This document shows, piece after piece, positions 1-8,247 of a DNA stretch of 20,000 bases. The translations under genes and the position numbers were made by a program. Source of the stretch: an uncultured virus (IMG/VR IMGVR_UViG_3300018083_000026). Taxonomy: Duplodnaviria; Heunggongvirae; Uroviricota; Caudoviricetes. The stretch lies in IMG/VR virus record IMGVR_UViG_3300018083_000026, one strand, 5' to 3'. Positions within the stretch are counted from its first letter, which is position 1. Every line of letters starts with the position of its first letter. A model generated the notes under the pieces. That model had not been told where the DNA came from and ran no database searches. It saw only the letters and a list, made by a program, of their open reading frames with translations.

Positions 1-2272
1 TGAGATATATGAAGTCAATCTCCGGCAAGTCCGGTGGCAGCGGCGGGAAGAATATTACACCCAAGGGAGGAGGAGTTAAACTGTCAAAGGAATGAATGAT
101 AGGAACATCGGCCACCGCGCTAATCCGGATAACCTCCTGCCCCTGCGGTTCTATCTTCATCACTTTGAGATACTTAGTGATTTGATTGGAGACGCCAAAC
201 ATGAAAAGCATGGGCTCCGTTGTGCCGTCCTGCAAGAAGTCTATCTCCATTGCCGTGTTAATAGCTACTTGCTGGGCGTCCGCAGTCTGCCGAACTAGCA
301 AAGGCCCTATCACATTAGCCGTCCGCCCGCGCAATAGGATTTGGTGGTCCACGCCTTCCATAAATGTAACCGGTTCCGACAGCCAAAGATGGTAGAGTGT
401 TCCTTCGCCCCGCACGGCTTTGACCACATAGCCTGCCTGTCCCCAACTAGGCACGTCATGGCATACGGCTATCAAGTCTCCGTAAGTCGGGATGAATCCT
501 TCCATTCCCGTGTCGAAGGAAATGTTCTCCCGCAAGTATCGTTTGCACGCCATCATATACAAGCCGGCACGATAAGCATGCGTGCGATCTTGAACGCCCG
601 ACAACCTAATATCCTCCGGATGGTCGGAAGTTCCGCCGGGCAGGACAGCTACCACTTGCTCTTGTTTGTAGCCAGTCGATGGGTCGGTGTATTCAATTTG
701 GATGCTGTCATACTCATCCAAGTCCCAGAGCTTAATGTCCCATTGAAAAGTGCCACTAACGATATTCTCTTGGTTAAACATCGCCACCGGCACGTCTAGT
801 GGCCCGTCCCGCTTCACCGTGACTAAAGAACCAGTAAGCAAAGGAATGGCGCGTCCTACCCTAACCACGGTCTGAGCCGTAGCCCAAACAGTGCCAGCAT
901 CGCGAAAGATCCAATCGAAGTATTCATTGCGGCTAGTATAGAGCGCGTCCAACTCTAGCAAGACATCCCAATCGAAGTAACCCTCCTCTAGGCGCCCGCC
1001 ATACAAGCTGCGGAAGACATCCACCATTGCCCAGATAATTGAGCGAGTAGCTACCGGCTCCGTAAACCCTCCCGACTCATACATTGGCAGCTTGCGGGTG
1101 GCAATGACGTTAAATCTTTGCTGGGTGTTAGCGTTCAGATTGTTAGAAGCCCGTATCTTCACTGCTATCAAAGTCACATCTCCAAAACTATGCTCCTCCG
1201 AAGAAGAGATAAAGGAACGGAGCCCTTCCCAAACCACATCATTACCAGCCCGTGGAGAAAGCTTCTTGAGTCCTGTCCTCCGCAACCGGACTTCATATCT
1301 GCCGACAGGAACACCAGTAGAATAAGTCTTGCGCTGGGGAGTCGTCGTCTTTCCCGTAATAGTTATAGGGGAAGGGACAATTAAATCGGTATAGTCGCCC
1401 AGCGGCGTTCCTGTATTGTCTATCAGCCGCTTCTCCGCCTCCACCGTAATAGTCATATTCTGCAAGCTGCCGGAGGAACTCATTTTGTAGATGCCCTTGG
1501 GAAAAACTAAATCGATTTCGATCTTCTCCGTTTCTGAGCCCACCGGGCAGACGGGGAAGGGTCCAACCCAGCCGTCCGGGACATACTCCTCTTCATTAGG
1601 AGCAAGCAAAGTATGACCGCCGGCCTCCGGAGAGGTATAGACATTGGTGGCAAACAATGAGGTGGACCCGCCCGGAGGAATGACTTCATATTCTACTTCC
1701 TGATAGTCGGAGATGCTGGCGTCCCCAATCTGTATTGCTTCTATGTCATACTGCCCTTGGCCCAAACAGTAAAGCGAGTGTTGATATTGATCGTTTCCCG
1801 AGTATTGGTAGAAGGGACGGGAAGCCAGGGAAGGGTAGACCCGGTTTCGCCCGTAGCAAACTTCGATGGGCTCTCCCAAACGGATTTCATTGCTCTGCCC
1901 CTTGACAGAATAAACGGGATCGGATTCGGGCCCTCCGCCAGGAGGAGGCGGCACCGGCATCAACACCAGCACCAGCACCATGACAATCACCACAATGATT
2001 AAGGCAATGATAAGTTCAATGCCTTGCGGAATGGCAATGAAGTTTACCACGTCGCCCTCTTGAATAGGTCGGTCCCAATCCTTCCGCAGAAGCGGCTGGC
2101 CGTTGAAGAGGCAGATAGTGGGCAGGGGGAATTCCTGGGTTTCGGGATGGCGGCAAGCCACCCACTCCATGACTAGGATGCCACAAGGCACTTGATGCCG
2201 CTCCACCTTATAGGGGTTGAAAGAATCGGCTGTCTCAAACACCCATCCCATCTTTGGTCTTATTGTTTCCAT
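1..2272 (-). CDS. Tail tip / central tail fibre (host specificity, lambda J-like TipJ family), 3'-truncated by the window edge
   Basis: Missing from the ORF track, consistent with having no stop inside the window. I translated both ends by hand and they are in the same frame. It starts at ATG 2272 (alternative ATG 2251): METIRPKMGWVFETADSFNPY...ICLFNGQPLLRKDWDRPIQEGDVVNFIAIPQG (gpI/ubiquitin-like), then a hydrophobic stretch IELIIALIIVVIVMVLVLVLMP, then YSVKGQSNEIRLGEPIEVCYGRNRVYPSL...LYCLGQGQYDI, typical of TipJ N-termini. It follows NlpC/P60. Confidence 0.88.
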   Translation of the reverse strand, partial: METIRPKMGWVFETADSFNPYKVERHQVPCGILVMEWVACRHPETQEFPLPTICLFNGQPLLRKDWDRPIQEGDVVNFIAIPQGIELIIALIIVVIVMVLVLVLMPVPPPPGGGPESDPVYSVKGQSNEIRLGEPIEVCYGRNRVYPSLASRPFYQYSGNDQYQHSLYCLGQGQYDIEAIQIGDASISDYQEVEYEVIPPGGSTSLFATNVYTSPEAGGHTLLAPNEEEYVPDGWVGPFPVCPVGSETEKIEIDLVFPKGIYKMSSSGSLQNMTITVEAEKRLIDNTGTPLGDYTDLIVPSPITITGKTTTPQRKTYSTGVPVGRYEVRLRRTGLKKLSPRAGNDVVWEGLRSFISSSEEHSFGDVTLIAVKIRASNNLNANTQQRFNVIATRKLPMYESGGFTEPVATRSIIWAMVDVFRSLYGGRLEEGYFDWDVLLELDALYTSRNEYFDWIFRDAGTVWATAQTVVRVGRAIPLLTGSLVTVKRDGPLDVPVAMFNQENIVSGTFQWDIKLWDLDEYDSIQIEYTDPSTGYKQEQVVAVLPGGTSDHPEDIRLSGVQDRTHAYRAGLYMMACKRYLRENISFDTGMEGFIPTYGDLIAVCHDVPSWGQAGYVVKAVRGEGTLYHLWLSEPVTFMEGVDHQILLRGRTANVIGPLLVRQTADAQQVAINTAMEIDFLQDGTTEPMLFMFGVSNQITKYLKVMKIEPQGQEVIRISAVADVPIIHSFDSLTPPPLGVIFFPPLPPDLPEIDFIYL

Positions 2273-2667
2273 TCTCGATGACGGTAGAATTTCATGTGTC
2301 TAATCCCCTTGAGTTTAATCCCTTTTGGCGTGTCAGCAATGACCTTATGCCGACCCCAACAATGTATCACCTTTCCTCCGTCCGCCCCAATCCACAAGCC
2401 TACATGGTGCATCACTTCGCCCTGACTCATCGTCACAGCACAAGCATCAAAAGGCTTCTCCACTTTCACCCAGTCCTGCTCCACTTCCTTCTCGATAGCA
2501 GCACACAAAGCAGAGACTTCGCAAGCTGGTATCCCCGGGATGAAAGGCAAGGTGATTCCAAACTCATTCTCATACACCAGGCAAATCAACCCCCAGCAAT
2601 CCACACCACCTACCGTCCTCCCGCTTATCTCGTAAGGGAGCCCAATGTATTTAGTGGCCCAATGCAT
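2260..2667 (-). CDS. NlpC/P60 family tail tip assembly peptidase (lambda K-like)
   Basis: YIGLPY..GR...GVDCWGL (catalytic Cys), HHVGL (His) and VIHC motifs; canonical position between the L-like and J-like genes; TAATG overlap with the upstream gene. Confidence 0.92.
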   Translation of the reverse strand: MHWATKYIGLPYEISGRTVGGVDCWGLICLVYENEFGITLPFIPGIPACEVSALCAAIEKEVEQDWVKVEKPFDACAVTMSQGEVMHHVGLWIGADGGKVIHCWGRHKVIADTPKGIKLKGIRHMKFYRHREWKQ

Positions 2668-3167
2668 TATCCCAGCGAGGGAAAGCGGCTGCGGGTATAA
2701 AGCTCAGCCGGGAATTTCTTGTTGACGATATCCATGAAGGTGGCCCGCCCTACAACCTGGACCGCTGTGATCCGCACGTCTTTTAAGAACAACACCAGCG
2801 GAGGAATCATTTGTGGATGGGTAAGGTCATCACTGAGATAAGGACGATAGATAACTTTGATGGGCTCCGCAACCGACATGGCCGCATTCATAAAGGCCGT
2901 TACCCGCAAGCCTACATTGTCGATGGCGATGTTAAGACTTTGAAATCCTTCTTCGTTGGACGGTGGGAGGGAAAAAGAGAATCCCACCGGCTCGAACACC
3001 CGCTCCACTCCGTTCTCGTCCGTTGCCACCATGCCCCGCCGCGCCTGGACTAGGAAGATAGGGTCTTGCACACCTTCCTGGCGTATCTCAATCGTGTTGA
3101 GAATAACCTTGCTGGCCGGGGCCAGCGCGAAGGCTTCCTTGATGGCGTCCTGCAAAGATGAGTTCAT
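2667..3167 (-). CDS. DUF1833-like minor tail / tail tip protein
   Basis: 166 aa with ILNTIEIR, FEPVGFSFSLPP, LNIAIDNV, YRPYLSDDL and a C-terminal FPAELYTRSRFPSL; lies immediately upstream of NlpC/P60. Confidence 0.82.
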   Translation of the reverse strand: MNSSLQDAIKEAFALAPASKVILNTIEIRQEGVQDPIFLVQARRGMVATDENGVERVFEPVGFSFSLPPSNEEGFQSLNIAIDNVGLRVTAFMNAAMSVAEPIKVIYRPYLSDDLTHPQMIPPLVLFLKDVRITAVQVVGRATFMDIVNKKFPAELYTRSRFPSLG

Positions 3168-3169
3168 GC

Positions 3170-4417
3170 TTAAGCAAGCGTTCGGCCTACGTGGATGCGG
3201 AAGGAGAGGGTCAAAGTGTAAAGGGAGCTCTTTGTTTGTGCCTCGTCAAAGACACAAACAAAGGCGCACCCCGTTGACTCCGGATAAACAGAAGACCCGA
3301 ATCTATAGGTTCCCAAACCCATGCTCCGAAAATCAGTTCTATTAGCCGCTCCTACTGCAAAGGTTGTGGACTTATCCCGGAAGAAATCCAAAGCCACGTA
3401 GGAGGACAGTGTAACAATTTGATGAGCTGAATTAGCTGTGCGGTCCACCGCCGCCGTATTAAAGGAAGTAGGAGCAGAGGCATTAGGAGAAATCCAAATG
3501 TAACAAGAGTAAAGGCCACTCGCAGTATCGACTATGCAAGGCTCTAGACATCCTGTCCCATAAGACCCGCCCGCATCCGATTGCTGATAAGTCCCATCTG
3601 TTGCAATTCCAATGATGCCAGGAAGTTGCCATTGTTGGTCACCGTCCAGCGAGGTGGAAGGAAGCACGGGCCATCCGGTGATATTAAAAGTAGCCGGAGT
3701 CAGTGTGGTAGGAGACACCGCAATGGTGAGGGTATAGATAACTCTGAATTGCTGGCCGGCAATAAGCGGAACGCCGGAGGAGAGCTTGATGCGTGAAAAG
3801 AGATTATTACCCGGAGTAGACGTCCAAGAGAAACCCACCTCGTTATAAGTCACCCCTCCCGATTCCGCGGAGAAGTCGAAAGTCCTCTTTAACACACAAG
3901 AACTTCCCGACACGGAACTGCCGCAGTTACCCGACCCCGTTAGATAAACGCTGTGACGCTTGACCTCCGTAGCCAGTCCAACCTGACTAGTCTTATAAAT
4001 AGTGAACTCACCCGAGCTAAGGGTCCCTGACGGTATGTATTCGACATGGGTAGCGTCGGTTACCGCAGTGATCCGAACTTCAGTCCCGCTGCTAGACCCA
4101 CTTGACATTTTCAACATATCACCCACTGCCGCATTAGAAGTAAAATTGAAGGAGCCGGGTCCCGTAAAGGTAGTGCTAGCACCCGAGCCATTCTCTCCGG
4201 CTCCAGAAGCCGCATTGGTTGCCGTTGTGCCTGTCCCCGCCGCGCAATGGAGAAATGCATCACCCCAAACCACACTAGAGCATACCGTATTCAATCCCTG
4301 GTTGAGGATTAGGTTTTTCTGTGGCTCGTAGGAACGCACCACACGACCCTTTTCTACCACCTGACATTGGACGACACCACTCGCTTGTTGATAACAGTGA
4401 CTGATTATTTTGTTCAT
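3170..4417 (-). CDS. Tail-associated virion structural protein (baseplate/fibre-attachment-like)
   Basis: 415 aa, Gly/Ser/Thr-rich and beta-rich. The pattern KNLILNQGLN..AAGTGTT..GLATEVKR..YNEVG..LFSRI..FRVIYTLTI resembles phage tail collar/attachment domains. A-rich leader; no signal peptide. Confidence 0.65.
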   Translation of the reverse strand: MNKIISHCYQQASGVVQCQVVEKGRVVRSYEPQKNLILNQGLNTVCSSVVWGDAFLHCAAGTGTTATNAASGAGENGSGASTTFTGPGSFNFTSNAAVGDMLKMSSGSSSGTEVRITAVTDATHVEYIPSGTLSSGEFTIYKTSQVGLATEVKRHSVYLTGSGNCGSSVSGSSCVLKRTFDFSAESGGVTYNEVGFSWTSTPGNNLFSRIKLSSGVPLIAGQQFRVIYTLTIAVSPTTLTPATFNITGWPVLPSTSLDGDQQWQLPGIIGIATDGTYQQSDAGGSYGTGCLEPCIVDTASGLYSCYIWISPNASAPTSFNTAAVDRTANSAHQIVTLSSYVALDFFRDKSTTFAVGAANRTDFRSMGLGTYRFGSSVYPESTGCAFVCVFDEAQTKSSLYTLTLSFRIHVGRTLA

Positions 4418-4431
4418 AAATTTCTTTCTGT

Positions 4432-5259
4432 TTAGGCCAGAACATAGCTGCCTGATTGAAATCCGGCCGATGAAGAACTCGATTCAGAATGTGTAGTTGG
4501 AACAGAAGTAAGGGTATAGACACCCGACAGGAATCCACTGGAGGAAGAACCCTCGTCCGCTTGGTCCGGGGAAACTATCACGATAAGAGTGTAGACACCG
4601 GACAGAAATCCACCCACGGAGGAGCCCTCATCCGCCTCCGTGACAAAAACCACCACCGGCAGATAGACACCCGACAGGAATCCACTGGAGGAAGAACCCT
4701 CGTCCGCTTGGTCCGGAGCAAACGTTACCGACAAAAAGTGCTCCCCTGTTAGAAACCCGGCCAAACTAGTAGCCTCTTCTGGAGCCCGGCCCAATTCCCC
4801 ATCGGAAAAGGACGCTGATGTGCTGGCGCTGTCCGAAACGATTGATCGAATGTGCAAGGAAGGATATTCCTCTTGCTCCTCCTCATCCACTTCCAAAATA
4901 GCCGAGACAGTAAACAAGTTATCAGACTGAGAGAAATTATACTTGCCATCCAAAAAGGCATACGAGCGAGTGAACCTAATGAAAGTGGAAGGACCATCGG
5001 AAGGCTCAATCGTTTCCATCACAAAGAAGAGCGAGCCGTGTTTCAAATCGTTGATAAAGAAATTTCGGAACGTCACATAGGCGTCCGCCACAAAGTTCCA
5101 GGTGACGTCCACAACCTCGATGGGCTCCAGCTGCAATCGCCGAATCCGTTTGCGCCCGCTTTCCATCTCGGTGATTTGCGAGCGGGGTAGAATTTGATGT
5201 CTCCTCTCTACAAGAGGAGTATCAAGTCCTTCGGGCCAGTAAGGTAAATCGCTGTCCAT
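4432..5259 (-). CDS. Distal tail (Dit)-like protein 2 with C-terminal ~24-aa tandem repeats
   Basis: The N-terminal ~130 aa are visibly similar to 7774..8247 (WPxxLxxPL, RRR, VxW, YxxFxxFFxxxLxxG). The C-terminus has repeats of DEGSSxxGFLSGVY. Confidence 0.7.
   Translation of the reverse strand: MDSDLPYWPEGLDTPLVERRHQILPRSQITEMESGRKRIRRLQLEPIEVVDVTWNFVADAYVTFRNFFINDLKHGSLFFVMETIEPSDGPSTFIRFTRSYAFLDGKYNFSQSDNLFTVSAILEVDEEEQEEYPSLHIRSIVSDSASTSASFSDGELGRAPEEATSLAGFLTGEHFLSVTFAPDQADEGSSSSGFLSGVYLPVVVFVTEADEGSSVGGFLSGVYTLIVIVSPDQADEGSSSSGFLSGVYTLTSVPTTHSESSSSSAGFQSGSYVLA
4440..4800. repeat. Intragenic tandem repeat (~72-75 bp period), including an exact 54-bp duplication
   Basis: 4516..4569 is identical to 4663..4716 (ATAGACACCCGACAGGAATCCACTGGAGGAAGAACCCTCGTCCGCTTGGTCCGG). 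A degenerate copy lies at ~4592..4636, and weaker copies at the protein level flank these. Confidence 0.9.
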
Positions 5260-5262
5260 ATC

Positions 5263-6186
5263 TTAAGGCCATTTATATTGCCAGTTGTTAGTCCATGTCG
5301 ATGAGGAATAAACGAGAGGACTTCCATTGCCATACAGGAGCGCCACGTCATTAGTGCTGAGAGTCCGATTCCAATAAGCCATTTCATCGACCCCTCCTAA
5401 ATACCCATAGCTGCCGTCGATTAAATTGCCTATTCCAAAATAATTGTAAGGACTGCCCGTGTTCGTCGCCGATTGGAATAGCGGGATGACGGAGGCAATG
5501 GGCTGAGTCACCCGGGCGCCACCGTTGGTCTGGAACCACAGAGCCGGGATCTGCCCATCATATCCTAACGCCACGTGAATCCACTGATTAGTCCAGGTGC
5601 TGCCCGTGCTGAATAGCTTAACAAAGCCAATACCTGAGTTGGTTCCTGTGGTCATGTTGGCGAAGAACCCTAAGTAAGTGCCGCCGCTGTCGTAGGCCAG
5701 TTTATACTTTTGTCCCGGAGAGCCACCACCGGTCTGCCAAATGCCCAAAATAGTATTGAGACCCGTTTCCCTTCCAATCTTTAGCCACGCGGAGATCGTG
5801 AAGGAGTTCGTGCCGCCGCTAGAATAGTTGGTGGAACTGAGGTTGGGATTAGGAACACCATTTGTGATTCTCGAGGCGTAGGAGATGCTATTGGCCGCGC
5901 CGTTGAAGTAGACACCATTGCTAGATACTCCTACGACGTTGGTGGGCCCGTTGGCCCCAACCAGCGACTCCCGCATATACACACCGTCTAAATACTTGTC
6001 CGCCGTGCGAGTGTTATCCATCGTGAAATAGTCCAGCAAACCGTCGCCCAAGTTGGTGGTAGACCCACCGCTTCCGCCGGCCGCTGCGGGGATATACGCA
6101 AAGGGCCACGTCGGGTCCAGATGCGTAAAGGCCTGTCCGAGCAAGGAACAAACAGACAAAAGCAATATCGTGAGGATGTTCTTCAT
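5263..6186 (-). CDS. Signal-peptide-bearing LamG/ConA-like jelly-roll protein (putative receptor-binding or lectin protein)
   Basis: Start reassigned to ATG 6186, which forms an ATGA overlap with the upstream stop; 307 aa. N-terminus MKNILTILLLSVCSLLGQA. LamG_3-type motifs FTISAWLK, NQWIHVALGYDG and GGVDEMAYWNRTLSTNDVALLY. Confidence 0.82.
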   Translation of the reverse strand: MKNILTILLLSVCSLLGQAFTHLDPTWPFAYIPAAAGGSGGSTTNLGDGLLDYFTMDNTRTADKYLDGVYMRESLVGANGPTNVVGVSSNGVYFNGAANSISYASRITNGVPNPNLSSTNYSSGGTNSFTISAWLKIGRETGLNTILGIWQTGGGSPGQKYKLAYDSGGTYLGFFANMTTGTNSGIGFVKLFSTGSTWTNQWIHVALGYDGQIPALWFQTNGGARVTQPIASVIPLFQSATNTGSPYNYFGIGNLIDGSYGYLGGVDEMAYWNRTLSTNDVALLYGNGSPLVYSSSTWTNNWQYKWP

Positions 6187-7436
6187 TTGATAGGATAGGA
6201 CGCGCCGTTGGTCCACTTCTTTCCGTTGTTGATAAAAGTCACGGCAGTGACGTTGGTCACGTTCCACGTTCCATTGGTCGCCAGCATACCCGAAGGCGGA
6301 GTCATGTTCCATACGGAGGCGGTCGAGTTTGTGATAAAGTAAACAGTTGTTTGAATGTTGGTGTGGGATACTCCGGTGAACCCAGACCAAGCAAAAGCCG
6401 CATTGGTGCCGAAATCCCGATATTCTACAAAGCCACCAAAGACGATCGCTTGCGTGCCAGCGTTGGTGGGATAAAGGACCGTGCCTAGAATGGACGTCGT
6501 TGCCTGGAGCAAGGGGAAGGTTCCTTGAATTTGATTTGCATAGAGGGTGGCACTTGTTACAGGGACGTTCACAGAAATATGAGAGTCGTAGTTTCCCCCG
6601 ATAACAAAGTTCCAAGTAGGAGTATTGACTACCGCGTCGGCTTTCCATCGCAACATCAGACGTGAACCATAAGGTAAGTTCGTTGCCGTGTTCACATTTA
6701 TCGTCGTGCTGAAGATCGTAGGTGTAGCAGACTCGCTGAACAACTGCGGACCGGACGAGGCCAATTCTATGATGGTGTCGTTAGTGAACCAAACGTATAT
6801 CTCCGGATGAGCGGTAATGGATTGTGCGCCGGCTCCACCAGAGACGTAGACATACGTTTGCAAGTGAACCGGCCCCTCTTCAATCCGACTTACCGTATTA
6901 GTAGTGATGCGGGATAAGAAATAAACTCCCGCTGTAGGAACGGCGATAGAATTTGTAGCACCCGCAGCCACCGGCGTATCGATCATCGTTGTAAGGTTAG
7001 TGGCGATGCCAATATCCGTGTTAGTGACGGCGGAGAAGAAGTAGTGCTGATTAAGATTCGCTACCAAAGCCCTAACATAATTGGTGGAGGCTACTCCGTT
7101 CGTGTCAGGCGCGAGCAATGTAGATGGCATCACGCTGTCCTTGAGGACGAATAGATTGGTGTCGACGCCACCCACTTCAGAAGCCAAAGCAAACTCGTCC
7201 GCATCATGAGTGATAATGTCCCCGGCATCCGAAATGGCGGAGGAGGGGATATTGGTCAGCCCCGTGCCGCCGCCGGCAACATTGTCCGCTTGCAAGGTTG
7301 CGACGTTGGTAATGGACTTTTGATTTCCGTTGAGGTTGCTTTGCAGATAAGCCCGGTTCAGAGGCTGGCGAGTGGCGGCGAAGGCTGTTAAGTCGAGCAG
7401 TGAAATCAGGACGATTAATCTAAGTAAGGTTTTCAT
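6183..7436 (-). CDS. Signal-peptide-bearing, Thr-Asn-rich tail-fibre-like protein
   Basis: 417 aa. MKTLLRLIVLISLLDLTAFA|A is a Sec/SPase I-like signal with AxA. It has fibre-like motifs GGGTGLTNI and ASTNYV, 18 TN dipeptides, and ATGA coupling on both sides. Confidence 0.65.
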   Translation of the reverse strand: MKTLLRLIVLISLLDLTAFAATRQPLNRAYLQSNLNGNQKSITNVATLQADNVAGGGTGLTNIPSSAISDAGDIITHDADEFALASEVGGVDTNLFVLKDSVMPSTLLAPDTNGVASTNYVRALVANLNQHYFFSAVTNTDIGIATNLTTMIDTPVAAGATNSIAVPTAGVYFLSRITTNTVSRIEEGPVHLQTYVYVSGGAGAQSITAHPEIYVWFTNDTIIELASSGPQLFSESATPTIFSTTINVNTATNLPYGSRLMLRWKADAVVNTPTWNFVIGGNYDSHISVNVPVTSATLYANQIQGTFPLLQATTSILGTVLYPTNAGTQAIVFGGFVEYRDFGTNAAFAWSGFTGVSHTNIQTTVYFITNSTASVWNMTPPSGMLATNGTWNVTNVTAVTFINNGKKWTNGASYPIK

Positions 7437-7777
7437 GAGGCTGTTATGGCATCTCCTTTTAATGTATAGTAAAGCCGATAGTTAGCGTTCGATGTTATGC
7501 CGCTAAGTTGGAAGGAGAAACCGTCAGCGGACAAAGAACCTCGAATAGGATTGGCGAAGATGGAATCGCCGTCAGCAGGAATCTCGACGGTGAGCTGGAC
7601 CCTAGTAGGAACAAAGGGAAGGCCCAACCCAGTCACCACCCCGCCTTCCTCTTCGTTGCCCAAATCATATGAGCCGTTGTAAGTAGGATCGGTTCCAATA
7701 AACGGGATAAGCAAGGCGTTGGCTATCGCCTCATCTACCTGGGCACCGGTATAGGCTGATTGATATGGCGTGGTCAT
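7433..7777 (-). CDS. Small tail protein, putative fibre adaptor
   Basis: 114 aa. The N-terminal YQSAYTGAQVDEAI resembles tail-fibre N-terminal attachment motifs and is followed by a small beta domain. ATGA overlaps on both sides. Confidence 0.55.
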   Translation of the reverse strand: MTTPYQSAYTGAQVDEAIANALLIPFIGTDPTYNGSYDLGNEEEGGVVTGLGLPFVPTRVQLTVEIPADGDSIFANPIRGSLSADGFSFQLSGITSNANYRLYYTLKGDAITAS

Positions 7778-8247
7778 ACGTGAACACTATAGAGGAATTC
7801 GTCCAACGTGGCAAAGGGAGTCTCCGCCGGGAGAACGTAGAAGTAGATCCAATCAATAATAGGAGAGGGGTCGGCGCCGGCGAGGCTGAGCCTGACAATA
7901 TCTAAGTCGGCTTCGACCACCCAGTTCCCATCCTGATAGTCCGCCGCATAACTGGAAGTAAAACGGACCATCCACTCCGTCAAGTCCGTCGCCCGTGGAT
8001 AACGTAACTCAATTAGAAAGAGGCTGGCGCCATTGCCCAGGGTGTCGAGGAAGAACGCCTTAAAAGCTTCGTATTCACTAATCGACAGGACCCACTGAAC
8101 ACTGGCGCCGACCACAGAAGCGTGGAACCGGCGCCGGCGTTGTATCTTCGGATTGCTCAGCTTGCTAGCCAGGGTGACGTGCAAAGGTAGCCCACTGTAA
8201 TCCATTAGTGGAAGAGGCAGGGCAGAGGGCCACGCGGTCATACTCAT
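7774..8247 (-). CDS. Distal tail (Dit)-like protein 1
   Basis: 157 aa, directly downstream of the tape measure gene with an ATGA overlap. WPSALPLPL...RRRRF...VQW...FKAFFLDTLGNGASLF pattern. Confidence 0.75.
   Translation of the reverse strand: MSMTAWPSALPLPLMDYSGLPLHVTLASKLSNPKIQRRRRFHASVVGASVQWVLSISEYEAFKAFFLDTLGNGASLFLIELRYPRATDLTEWMVRFTSSYAADYQDGNWVVEADLDIVRLSLAGADPSPIIDWIYFYVLPAETPFATLDEFLYSVHV

Noticed and set aside
1880..1910. Possible frameshift in the tail tip gene at a G run
   Set aside because: Careful reading gives AAG GGG CAG AGC AAT, which keeps the frame, and both ends of the gene are in the same frame.
1757..2002. His/Gln-rich plus-strand ORF (HRHQHQHQHH)
   Set aside because: It is the reverse complement of the Val/Leu/Met hydrophobic codons in the tail tip gene.
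4516..4716. CRISPR array or DGR template/variable repeat
   Set aside because: The repeats are in-frame coding units and the two best copies are identical, with no adenine-specific mismatches. No unique-spacer structure, cas gene or reverse transcriptase is visible.
6187..6648. N-terminal extension of the 461-aa ORF, and similar extensions at 13064-13156, 13810-14001, 14488-14532, 18618-18770 and 19291-19332
   Set aside because: These overlap upstream genes or a terminator. The downstream ATGs give stop/start coupling, leader motifs or signal peptides.
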